From an uncultured virus (IMG/VR IMGVR_UViG_3300017940_000146) (Duplodnaviria; Heunggongvirae; Uroviricota; Caudoviricetes): a DNA stretch of 20,000 bases. The stretch's first letter is position 1. Each line of letters starts with the position of its first letter. Location of the stretch: IMG/VR virus record IMGVR_UViG_3300017940_000146. The stretch is one strand, 5' to 3'. Position numbers and translations under genes: made by a program. A model generated the notes under the pieces. The model saw only the letters and a program-made list of their open reading frames with translations, had not been told where the DNA came from and ran no database searches. Of the stretch, positions 8,867 to 17,193 are shown one piece after another.

Positions 8867-10945
8867 ATGCTAGATATTGATACTAAACTCGCAGAAATAA
8901 AAACTAAAAGTTATAATGGGTTGTTTGAAAATTTTATTAAACAACCCAGTAATGCTGGTTCCATCCTTGAAGATATAACAGAAATCCTCCAAAGAAATTT
9001 TCCTACTCCTACTAAAGAATTCGAAGATATTGGATTCGAATTTGCGAAACCTACCCAAATCAATTTTAGTAACTTATTATCTTTACAAGATGTATTATCC
9101 TATAGTAATTTTGAACGATTGGTAAGAATCATTCAAAAAGGACAATTACGAACATCAACAAGTGGAGAAGATGCCGTTTATGTAATCCAATATCATAATC
9201 AAAAATATATTATTGATGGAAATCATAGAATAGCTGCAATGATTTTATTTGGTAAAACAAATGTTTCTGGGAAACTTTTAGATTTAGATCATTTACCAGA
9301 TAATTCTCCTGATAGATTAATTGCTGAATTTAAAAAATTAGGTGTTGTTATATCTTTTTCAGATCATCCAAGAAATGGAGAATTTTTAAAAAATGATTGT
9401 TCTATTAAAATTCTGGATATAATTTTAGGTGTTTTTAAAAAAGCTAAACAAAAAAATTTGAAATTACCTCCTGAAATTAAAGTTGATAATTCAATGGAAT
9501 TATATGCTTATTATGATCATATTGATCATTTTATGGGAATTAATACAGGATTATTTTTAAATCCTACAATTACCCATTCTTATGTAATTGATAATGATAA
9601 AGAAGCTTTAATATGGCATGAATTAGGACATATTTATCATGAAAAAACACAAAGTAAAACATTTTCAAAAGAGACTTCATTTTCTCTTAAATTGAAACGA
9701 GATATAGAAGATAAAGTTAGTGAATATGCTGCGGTAAATTCTACAGAATTTGTGGCTGAAGTTTTTTGTGGGAAAATTTTTCATAAATCATTTGAAAAAT
9801 GGATATTAGATTTATATAATTATATATTAGATCCAAAAACAGAAGTATTGGGTAGCCAATTTGAATTTAATAAAAAAACTCATCTTATTTCTCTTAGACT
9901 CCCAGTTTCACCTACTGCCAAATTATCTTCAGCTACCATAAAACAAATTATAACTAAATTAGGATATAAAGATGTTTTAAATGAACCTCTTATAGGTATT
10001 CCTAAAGCATTTTATATTATGGTTAAAAATAAAAAAGAAATTATTAATTTTGTTAAACCTATTTTTGATGCTTTAAGAATTTATAATCCTAAAATGAAAG
10101 AATTAGAACATGAAGGTCCTTACTTACCAGAATATCGGTATATTGAAGTAGGAGATTTTAAAATTTTTGCAAGAATTAAAGATACAATTAAATTACCTAC
10201 AATGTCTGCAGGAAGAAAAAATGAATTAGATTTTTATAATGCAATTCATGAATATTTGGAAGTATATAAAAATATTAATATTGAATTCCAAGTTAATGGA
10301 CGAACAGATTTTTTTGTTAAAAATATTACTGATATTATTGATGTAAGTACCAAAAAAACTAAAGAACGTTTAAAAAGTAATATGAATTTGGTTACGTATC
10401 GAGGTATAGTTCCAATTTCAATCAAACAAGCTGATGCGCCTGGATGGGAATCACCAGAAACATATTGGGGAGAAATTACTCAACATGTATTTGAATATGT
10501 ATTAGATACTTATCCAAAATTGGTGAAATTAAAAAATAAGAATGGTATATATAATTTGGATCCAGAAATAGATATTCAAACTTCTTCCCAAGAAGCTCAA
10601 GATGTAATTTTTGGTGATGATATTTATAAACATGGTGCGGTTATTAAACAAACTTGGGAAACAAGATATTTTGATTGGGATTATAGGTTTAATACATTAA
10701 TTTTAGAATGTAAAACCATTATTCAAAATTTAAATGATGTTCCTTTTGAAGATTATCCATTTTTTCAAATTAGAAATTTTGAAAATAAAAATCCAAAATA
10801 CCTATTAAAAGGATTAGGTGTATTGGCTGTAACAAAGAAAACTATAGCTAAACGCCATATTCTTTTAGAAAATCAAGAAGCACAAACTGCAAAACAATAT
10901 GTTTCTCCAAATTATACATTAGAAAATATTCGTAAAGCCACTTGA
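8867..10945 (+). CDS. Multidomain protein: ParB/Srx-like, HExxH metallopeptidase-like, C-terminal nuclease-like
   Basis: YIIDGNHRIAA (~9215); IWHELGH (~9617) with VSEYAAVNSTEFVAEVF; C-terminal AGRKNE...KSN...PISIKQ. Confidence 0.65.
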   Translation: MLDIDTKLAEIKTKSYNGLFENFIKQPSNAGSILEDITEILQRNFPTPTKEFEDIGFEFAKPTQINFSNLLSLQDVLSYSNFERLVRIIQKGQLRTSTSGEDAVYVIQYHNQKYIIDGNHRIAAMILFGKTNVSGKLLDLDHLPDNSPDRLIAEFKKLGVVISFSDHPRNGEFLKNDCSIKILDIILGVFKKAKQKNLKLPPEIKVDNSMELYAYYDHIDHFMGINTGLFLNPTITHSYVIDNDKEALIWHELGHIYHEKTQSKTFSKETSFSLKLKRDIEDKVSEYAAVNSTEFVAEVFCGKIFHKSFEKWILDLYNYILDPKTEVLGSQFEFNKKTHLISLRLPVSPTAKLSSATIKQIITKLGYKDVLNEPLIGIPKAFYIMVKNKKEIINFVKPIFDALRIYNPKMKELEHEGPYLPEYRYIEVGDFKIFARIKDTIKLPTMSAGRKNELDFYNAIHEYLEVYKNINIEFQVNGRTDFFVKNITDIIDVSTKKTKERLKSNMNLVTYRGIVPISIKQADAPGWESPETYWGEITQHVFEYVLDTYPKLVKLKNKNGIYNLDPEIDIQTSSQEAQDVIFGDDIYKHGAVIKQTWETRYFDWDYRFNTLILECKTIIQNLNDVPFEDYPFFQIRNFENKNPKYLLKGLGVLAVTKKTIAKRHILLENQEAQTAKQYVSPNYTLENIRKAT

Positions 10946-10970
10946 CATTAATGAAAAAATCTGATAATAT
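10942..10970 (+). promoter_or_regulatory. sigma70-like promoter with extended -10
   Basis: TTGACA (10942-10947), 17-nt spacer, TGaTAATAT (-10 at 10965-10970); ATG 6 nt downstream. Confidence 0.7.
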
Positions 10971-10976
10971 GTAAGT

Positions 10977-12080
10977 ATGAAGAATATTCATTTGCAGCAT
11001 GTAGAAGATTTATGTTTTACAAAAGCTGATCCATTTATTCCATTGAATATTTTGGAACAAGTATATCACTTTTTATGTGGTATAAACACTTCTAATACCA
11101 GAATATCAGTTAAATGGGATGGTGCTCCGGCTTTTATTTGTGGGAAAAATCCTGAAAATCAAAGATTTTTTGTAGGAACAAAAAGTGTATTTTCAGGGAA
11201 AATAAATTATTGTCATGCTGATATTTTAGAAAACCATGAATCAAAAGGACTTCAAATTACTTTAATGGAACTTTATGATAGATTATGGTATTGTGATATT
11301 CCACAAATTATTCAAGGAGATGTTCTTTGGACAAAGTACCGCACAGGTGGTGAAATTTCATTTCAACCAAATACTTTAAATTATAAAATTCCTCATCATT
11401 TCATAATTTCGAAATATATACGGTCTTGTCAAATTGGTTGTGTATTTCATACCACATATACTGGAAATAAAATAAAAGATATGGAAGCTAATTTTGGAGC
11501 AAATGCTCCAGAAAATGCATTTCAAGAACAAATTTATTGTTTTGAACCAGAACTTCCAGAAGAAGAAATGATAGCTCCCGGAGATTGGGGAAAAATTGAA
11601 ACTGCAATTTCTTCATTACGTCATAGAGCAATTGATATTTCTAAAACTGCATTAGCTACTTTAGGATCTAATGATTTATTCCAATTGTATATTAATGATT
11701 GTATCCGAAATGATAAACTTCCATATAGTAATGAATTTCTGTCTTTTGTAATTAGGGATTATACAAAACATCAAGAAACTTTAAAAACAGAAAAAGGAAA
11801 AAATGTTGTTTTTGAAAAAATGACCAAATATATGGCCGGATTACTAGTATATTGTGGTGATATTTTCAATTATTATTTGGATTTAATGAGGTTGAAAGTA
11901 ATATTGGTTCGAGAATTAGATAAATTAAATATATCTGTTAATATTTATTTACCTGATGGAACACCATGTGGCCATGAAGGGTATGTAGTAAAGTCATTGG
12001 GATATACAATTAAATTGGTAGATCGTTATACGTTTTCCAAAGCAAATTTTAATTATGATATGGAATGGAAAAGAAAATGA
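10977..12080 (+). CDS. Ligase-fold covalent nucleotidyltransferase-like protein (DUF6267-like, T4-like phages)
   Basis: N-terminal KNIHLQHVED; KWDG (motif I, 11112), QGD (III), EGYVV (IV, 11976), IKLVDR (V), FSKANF. Confidence 0.7.
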   Translation: MKNIHLQHVEDLCFTKADPFIPLNILEQVYHFLCGINTSNTRISVKWDGAPAFICGKNPENQRFFVGTKSVFSGKINYCHADILENHESKGLQITLMELYDRLWYCDIPQIIQGDVLWTKYRTGGEISFQPNTLNYKIPHHFIISKYIRSCQIGCVFHTTYTGNKIKDMEANFGANAPENAFQEQIYCFEPELPEEEMIAPGDWGKIETAISSLRHRAIDISKTALATLGSNDLFQLYINDCIRNDKLPYSNEFLSFVIRDYTKHQETLKTEKGKNVVFEKMTKYMAGLLVYCGDIFNYYLDLMRLKVILVRELDKLNISVNIYLPDGTPCGHEGYVVKSLGYTIKLVDRYTFSKANFNYDMEWKRK

Positions 12081-12232
12081 AAATTGAAAAGCTCCGAAGT
12101 ATGTTACGTAGTATTGAAATATTAAGGCGCCCGTTGACAGATAATGAATATCAATTGGCTATTTGGTTGAAAAAGGTAATTGATGAGCGGGAATTTAAAT
12201 TAAATGAAAAGTGGACTACATACGAGAATTAA
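12077..12232 (+). CDS. Small hypothetical protein (51 aa, MKIEKLRSMLRS...)
   Basis: Not in the ORF track. ATGA overlap with the upstream stop; ends 2 nt before the next ATG, filling the gap exactly. Confidence 0.6.
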   Translation: MKIEKLRSMLRSIEILRRPLTDNEYQLAIWLKKVIDEREFKLNEKWTTYEN

Positions 12233-12234
12233 TC

Positions 12235-12792
12235 ATGAAAACTATTGTAGTCACTTATGGAAGATTCCAACCACCTACACGTGCTCATGGTGAATTATTT
12301 TGGGCAATGCAAACTGAAGCTGATAAAATATGGAATTGTCCTGTTAGTATTTTCATTTCTCCTAAGCAAGATCATAAAAATAATCCTCTTTCTTTTCAAG
12401 CTCGTCAAGATTATTTGTGGAAATGTGGTCTTACAATTTCGAGAGGAGTAAATCCTGTAAATAATCCATTTCTTGCAGTTTGCCAATTAGGAGATGCTGG
12501 TTATGAAAGAGTAATTTTTTATTGTGGTTCAGATCAATTGAAGAAATATGAAACATGGAAACAATATATCAATCATAAAGATCCAAAGAAAAGGATTCCC
12601 GGTGTTCAAGAATTAATTTTCCGTCAATTTGGATTACCTCGTGGTCCTGTGAATGATATGAATGCCACTCAAGCACGAGAGGCCGCTAAAGCCGGTGACT
12701 TTGAGACTTTCAATTCCATTGTATTGGGGACCAATTTGGAACAAAATAGGTCACTTTACTTGGATACCGTTTCTGGTCTCCTGGATAAGTAA
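12235..12792 (+). CDS. Cytidylyltransferase-like (HIGH superfamily) protein
   Basis: TYGRFQPPTRAH, KNNPL, GSDQ, MNATQAREAAKAGDFETF; start at ATG 12235. Confidence 0.82.
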   Translation: MKTIVVTYGRFQPPTRAHGELFWAMQTEADKIWNCPVSIFISPKQDHKNNPLSFQARQDYLWKCGLTISRGVNPVNNPFLAVCQLGDAGYERVIFYCGSDQLKKYETWKQYINHKDPKKRIPGVQELIFRQFGLPRGPVNDMNATQAREAAKAGDFETFNSIVLGTNLEQNRSLYLDTVSGLLDK

Positions 12793-13385
12793 ATATAATG
12801 TGATTGAGACATTTTTTGTTTGGTTTCTTTTGAATGTTTAAATCCTAAATGACTTTTATTCCCCATAGCGGCCAAAGACATATTCTTTCTACTTTCTTGA
12901 GAATGTTTTCGTCCAACATTTCTTTTATTTCCAATTAAAGATTTTGAAATTTTTTTTCTTGTTTCTTTAGAACATTTTATTCCTTTATTCCAAGCCATTT
13001 GTAATCCTTTCTTTCCTTTATTCCAGGGAATTTTACCTTTATGTATTTCTGACATTTTTTGTTTTGTTTTTTCGGATATATGTCCCGAACCATCTCCACC
13101 AGGAGTCATATTATATCCGTTATGATAAGTATCATACTTCGCAATCATTTCAATTTCTAATTTCTTGGCTTCTTGTAGGGTCAGAATATTATTAATTAGG
13201 ACTTTATGAAGCCATTGATTTTCATTGGGGTATTTTAGGATTGCTTTATGAAATTTTCTTAATCCCCGCTTTGAATCATTTAGATGTATTTTCCATCTTT
13301 CTTCAATTGTTTTATACGTATATCCGATATAAGATTTTCCTGAAGGACTTGTATGTTTGTAAATGAGATAAATATTTTTAGACAT
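12756..13385 (-). CDS. GIY-YIG homing endonuclease with NUMOD3 repeats (Seg-like)
   Basis: IYLIY...YIGYT...ERW..H, E, GYNMTPGGDG, then repeated HSxExRKxMS and PWNKG motifs; start at ATG 13385 (MSKNIYLIY). Confidence 0.92.
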   Translation of the reverse strand: MSKNIYLIYKHTSPSGKSYIGYTYKTIEERWKIHLNDSKRGLRKFHKAILKYPNENQWLHKVLINNILTLQEAKKLEIEMIAKYDTYHNGYNMTPGGDGSGHISEKTKQKMSEIHKGKIPWNKGKKGLQMAWNKGIKCSKETRKKISKSLIGNKRNVGRKHSQESRKNMSLAAMGNKSHLGFKHSKETKQKMSQSHYIYLSRRPETVSK

Positions 13386-13387
13386 AT

Positions 13388-13415
13388 GCGATAGAACCTT
13401 TCTATTGCTTTGTTT
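13388..13415 (+). terminator. Hairpin with T-rich tail (possible intrinsic terminator; overlaps the HEG RBS on the opposite strand)
   Basis: GCGATAGAA-cct-TTCTATTGC followed by TTTGTTT. Confidence 0.5.
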
Positions 13416-13456
13416 AGGGACCATGTGGTGCTAATGACACTACTTGGTCCTATTAC

Positions 13457-13464
13457 TATTTATT
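13457..13464 (-). promoter_or_regulatory. T4-type late promoter for the GIY-YIG gene
   Basis: AATAAATA on the minus strand, mirror of the plus-strand late promoter. Confidence 0.5.
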
Positions 13465-13478
13465 GAATATTGAGAATT

Positions 13479-13486
13479 GATAAATA
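13479..13486 (+). promoter_or_regulatory. T4-type late promoter (GATAAATA)
   Basis: ATAAATA core about 30 nt upstream of AGGAG and ATG 13518. Confidence 0.7.
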
Positions 13487-13517
13487 GTAGTGTAATCATA
13501 GAAGTAGGAGAACTCTC

Positions 13518-14579
13518 ATGAAATTGGCACGAGATACAAATTTCGGGGATAGATTGGCAAATGAACATGTAATGGAGAACATTCATACCGCTCCATCTTA
13601 TTCATTTTCCCATTATTGCGAAATGAAGGAAAAAGAAAAACAGCACAAATATTTTCAAGATGAATTTAATTTATCTGAAGATCGGGAAGTGGTTTTCGGA
13701 ACTCATAATGGTTGTGATTATTGCGAAGGAACAGGTTGGTGCCCCGTATCTAAAGCTTGTATGGTTGAACCACTGCATTCACTTTGGGTACAAGCTGAAG
13801 TAGATACTCCTTCTGAAGATGGATACCATCTGGTTCAATGCCCAGTGTGTTGTCCATACAATGATGGAAGTAAAGATGTAAAAGATTCTCTTGATGAACA
13901 TATTGTTAAAAAAGGTTCTTCATTTGAATTAAAATCCAAAAAATCTGGAAAAAATCTTGGTACTTATCATTCTAAAGCTGGAGCCAAAAAGAGAGAGGCG
14001 CAGGTTGAATACTTTAAACACCTCAAAGAAGATGGTGGTGGGAATCCTTGGAAAACACATTGGGAACAAGCAATCCTTCCTGGTGCGCCTGATCGTGAAG
14101 GTGAAACTGATAAAGAAAAAAGGATTGAAGAAGCAAACCAACCATCTGATTATAACCGACAACAATCATCAGAAACAAAAGACCAAAAATCTCAAGAACA
14201 AAAAGCTTCTGGTCAAAAACAAAATGATAATCGGTTACAATATGAAAAGAAGAAAAAAGCTGCCGATAAAAAGAAAGCGGAAGAAAAAGAAAGAGAAACT
14301 AAAAAGCTTCTTCCTTATGAATTTACAAACCAAAAAGATGCTGAAAGAGCCGCTGGACATTTAGGCCTTAATGGATCTCATACGACTGGTAATGGAATTT
14401 ATAAACCAGGTTCTTCAGATATGTCATTACGTGATGCTGTAGCTCGTAAAAAAGCCAAACAACATATGCGAAGTGGATATCATGAAGAAAATAATAATAA
14501 CCCTCCACCTGCATATCCTTTAGATAAATTAGGTCTTCATGAAACTGTCCAATTAATTAAGGAATGTGTAAGACATTAA
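13518..14579 (+). CDS. Modular late protein (Cys-rich Zn module plus small basic modules), probable internal head protein
   Basis: AGGAG RBS; CDYCEGTGWC...CPVCC; HIVKKG...EYFKH module bounded by LDE and LKE; FTNQKDAERAA...YKPG module. Confidence 0.65.
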   Translation: MKLARDTNFGDRLANEHVMENIHTAPSYSFSHYCEMKEKEKQHKYFQDEFNLSEDREVVFGTHNGCDYCEGTGWCPVSKACMVEPLHSLWVQAEVDTPSEDGYHLVQCPVCCPYNDGSKDVKDSLDEHIVKKGSSFELKSKKSGKNLGTYHSKAGAKKREAQVEYFKHLKEDGGGNPWKTHWEQAILPGAPDREGETDKEKRIEEANQPSDYNRQQSSETKDQKSQEQKASGQKQNDNRLQYEKKKKAADKKKAEEKERETKKLLPYEFTNQKDAERAAGHLGLNGSHTTGNGIYKPGSSDMSLRDAVARKKAKQHMRSGYHEENNNNPPPAYPLDKLGLHETVQLIKECVRH

Positions 14580-15068
14580 ATGAAAACTTTATCAAGGATT
14601 CGGGAAATAATCCTTGAATCTAAAGACCTTATTATTCCGCGTGGGCATTTAAATATTCCACGATTTCAAATGCCCCAAATCAAGAAAGAAAATTATCCAG
14701 AATTTTTGCGTTTATTAGATCTTCGTAATATTTCTATTCAAAGAGTAAAAATTCCTGCAAATCAACTTCTTGCCGCTCAAAATGAAATCAACCATGATAA
14801 AGTAAAAGAATGGATGGTTTCTATGCCTATTGAAGCCCGTGAAAAACCTCTATTAGTTTCATCTGATTTATATGTATTGGATGGAAATCATACTTGGTTA
14901 GCTATTTTAAATCGTGATGAAAATGCTTCAATTGATTCTTGGATTTTAGGATTAGAAATGGAAGATTTATTAAAGGAAATTAAATTATTTGATAAAATCA
15001 CTTATAAAACAATTGATGAACATTGTGGAATCATAAATACTTTAAAGGGGAAGATGTTATGTATGTAA
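14580..15068 (+). CDS. ParB/Sulfiredoxin-like domain protein
   Basis: IPRFQMPQI...QNEIN...PLLVSSDLYVLDGNHTW; N-terminus MKTLSRIREIILE resembles a capsid-targeting leader. Confidence 0.75.
   Translation: MKTLSRIREIILESKDLIIPRGHLNIPRFQMPQIKKENYPEFLRLLDLRNISIQRVKIPANQLLAAQNEINHDKVKEWMVSMPIEAREKPLLVSSDLYVLDGNHTWLAILNRDENASIDSWILGLEMEDLLKEIKLFDKITYKTIDEHCGIINTLKGKMLCM
15032..15039 (+). promoter_or_regulatory. T4-type late promoter (CATAAATA)
   Basis: Followed by AAGGGGAAG and in-frame ATG 15059. Confidence 0.6.
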
Positions 15069-15640
15069 CAGATATTACTGGTAATTATGATGATTTTTCA
15101 TTATCAGAATCATTAGTTAAAAAAGTTCAAAATATTTTAGAAGGAAAAAATCCTTTAAATGAAGTTTCACCTCCTAATCCAAAAATTGAAAAATGGATTA
15201 AAGCTAATAAAGGAAGATTTGAAAAAGAATATGGGGCTGAAAAGGGAAAAGAAGTCCTTTATGCTAAAGCCTGGACAATGCATAATGAGGAATTAGAAAA
15301 AGAGAAAAAAATCCAAGAATCTATCATGAATGAAGTTTCTCCCCCCGATCCTAAAATAGAACATTGGATTAAGTCTAATAAAGGAAGATTTGAAAAGGAA
15401 TATGGAGCCGAAAAAGGAAAAGAAGTTCTCTATAGTAAGGCTTGGAAAATGCATAATGAAGCTTTAGAGGAAGAATTGGAAGAAGAAAAAAAGACTTTAA
15501 AAGATTTTAATGAATTTGATCCTAATGATAAAGAAAAAGAAAAAGAAGAAAAAGGTGGTAAAAAAAGAGAAAAAATCACCTTTAATCCGGTTGTTGAACC
15601 TGAAAAAATAGCTGAGCCGGATAAAATTACAAAAATTTAA
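15059..15640 (+). CDS. Charged protein with a duplicated 44-aa module, probable internal head protein
   Basis: Two NEVSPP...MHNE units and a Glu/Lys-rich tail; start moved to ATG 15059 after the RBS. Confidence 0.7.
   Translation: MYVTDITGNYDDFSLSESLVKKVQNILEGKNPLNEVSPPNPKIEKWIKANKGRFEKEYGAEKGKEVLYAKAWTMHNEELEKEKKIQESIMNEVSPPDPKIEHWIKSNKGRFEKEYGAEKGKEVLYSKAWKMHNEALEEELEEEKKTLKDFNEFDPNDKEKEKEEKGGKKREKITFNPVVEPEKIAEPDKITKI
15158..15460 (+). repeat. Diverged direct repeat, 2 x 132 nt (15158-15289, 15329-15460), period 171 nt
   Basis: NEVSPPNPKIEKWIKANKGRFEKEYGAEKGKEVLYAKAWTMHNE vs NEVSPPDPKIEHWIKSNKGRFEKEYGAEKGKEVLYSKAWKMHNE. Confidence 0.95.
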
Positions 15641-15651
15641 GGAGAATTAGA

Positions 15652-17184
15652 ATGTCACTTTGGACAAAAACTAGCGCACCAAAATTTGCGCCACATGCAG
15701 TTCCAGGGATTGATGGTTGGGTACATCCCGTAACAAATGAAATATTAGAAACATTTGGATCATCAAATAAACCTTCACCAATAGCATCACCTGTTATAGA
15801 ATCCTGTGTTCTTTATAGAGCATTTATTGCGGCTTCTGGTGATGTATTACCAGATTTACGAACAAGTTTTCATACAGGAGATTATTTAACTTTTGCAGTA
15901 AGATTTGATGCACAAGTAACAGTAGTTCCGGATGTTGGTTCACCATATCTTGAAGTAACAATTAATGGTGTTGTAAGAAATGCTGTATATGTTCAAACGA
16001 GTTTTGGACTTAATACTGCTACATTATTATTTGTATATCAATTACAATCTTCCGATGCAGCTACACCAGGAAATATTAGTGTAGATAGTCAAATACATTT
16101 AAGTGGTCATATTTATAAACTTGGGACAACAACCCCAGTTACAATAACTGGAATTCCAAGAACACTTTTATTATCATTATCGGGTGTTCAAGGACATTTT
16201 GCTGTAAATAATGCTATGTCATGTGGTATTGGTTCTGCACAAGGATATGTTGTAGGTTATACACCATCTTCTTCAACTTCAGGTACACTTATTGTAGTTG
16301 AAACGGCAGGAACATTTTCAACTAGTGGAACTGCTGGTATTCAGGATATTACAACAAGTGCTAGTGGTATATTAAATGCAACAAATACACAATTATCTGA
16401 TATCACAATTTCATCAACAGTTCCAGGTAATTGTTCAGTGGCATTTGGGGCCTCTGCATATGATTTAGGTGCTCAAGTTGTTCTTACAGCCACATTTGAT
16501 CGTCCAATTACAGTAACAGGCACTCCTAATATTGTAATTAATGTTAATGGTTCTGCTCGGACTGCTGGTTATGCTTCTGGTTCTACAACCGATGCATTAG
16601 TATTTAATTATACTGTTGTATCTGGTGACCATGGATCTCCAGGAACAGTTTCATTAGTATCTCCAATTAATTTAAATGGTGGAACATTATTGGATGCTAG
16701 TAGTTTAGCACCTTCATTAACATTTACACAACCGGCAGGTATCGCTTCTCAAATTATTGATGGTTCTGTACCAACATTTGCAATAACACTTGAAGATGGT
16801 ATCCATTTTACAAATGGTGGAACATCTGGAACAGCCGGTATGGCTGCGGCTTCAGTTATTGCCACATTTAATAAACCAGTTACATTAATACTTGGTAGTG
16901 CAGGAACCACAGGTATTGAATTACAATTCCATTCTTCAAGTGGAACCGGTGCTGAAACCATACAAACTAGATTTGCAAGTGCTGGAACATCTGGTATCAG
17001 TAATACAACCATATTAACATTCAATTATACAATTACTGGTAGTGATAAAGCAACGGCTGGTGGAGTTGATGTTGTTTCACCAGTATTGTTACATGGTGGA
17101 GCATCAATTCTTGATGATGCTGGAAATGCTCCAACTTCATTAATATTTACTCCTCCTGCAACTACTAATGATTACGTAAATTAA
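15652..17184 (+). CDS. Virion structural protein with three Ig-like beta-sandwich repeats
   Basis: AAGGAG RBS; MSLW N-terminus; G/S/T-rich; repeated F[DN]xx[VI]T[VL]...A.Y.SG...L.F.Y..GD units at about 15868, 16459 and 16855. Confidence 0.72.
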   Translation: MSLWTKTSAPKFAPHAVPGIDGWVHPVTNEILETFGSSNKPSPIASPVIESCVLYRAFIAASGDVLPDLRTSFHTGDYLTFAVRFDAQVTVVPDVGSPYLEVTINGVVRNAVYVQTSFGLNTATLLFVYQLQSSDAATPGNISVDSQIHLSGHIYKLGTTTPVTITGIPRTLLLSLSGVQGHFAVNNAMSCGIGSAQGYVVGYTPSSSTSGTLIVVETAGTFSTSGTAGIQDITTSASGILNATNTQLSDITISSTVPGNCSVAFGASAYDLGAQVVLTATFDRPITVTGTPNIVINVNGSARTAGYASGSTTDALVFNYTVVSGDHGSPGTVSLVSPINLNGGTLLDASSLAPSLTFTQPAGIASQIIDGSVPTFAITLEDGIHFTNGGTSGTAGMAAASVIATFNKPVTLILGSAGTTGIELQFHSSSGTGAETIQTRFASAGTSGISNTTILTFNYTITGSDKATAGGVDVVSPVLLHGGASILDDAGNAPTSLIFTPPATTNDYVN

Positions 17185-17193
17185 GGGTGAAAT

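Noticed and set aside
926..9058. Minus-strand ORFs at 926-1246, 2574-2798, 3038-3247, 3157-3405, 4179-4421, 4969-5295, 7580-7834, 8064-8375, 8642-8836 and 8870-9058
   Set aside because: Antisense shadows of well-supported + strand genes; no motifs or start signals.
12756..13450. Group I intron housing the GIY-YIG gene
   Set aside because: The gene is antisense to its neighbours, no interrupted exon pair is evident, and the flanking noncoding sequence is too short for an intron core.
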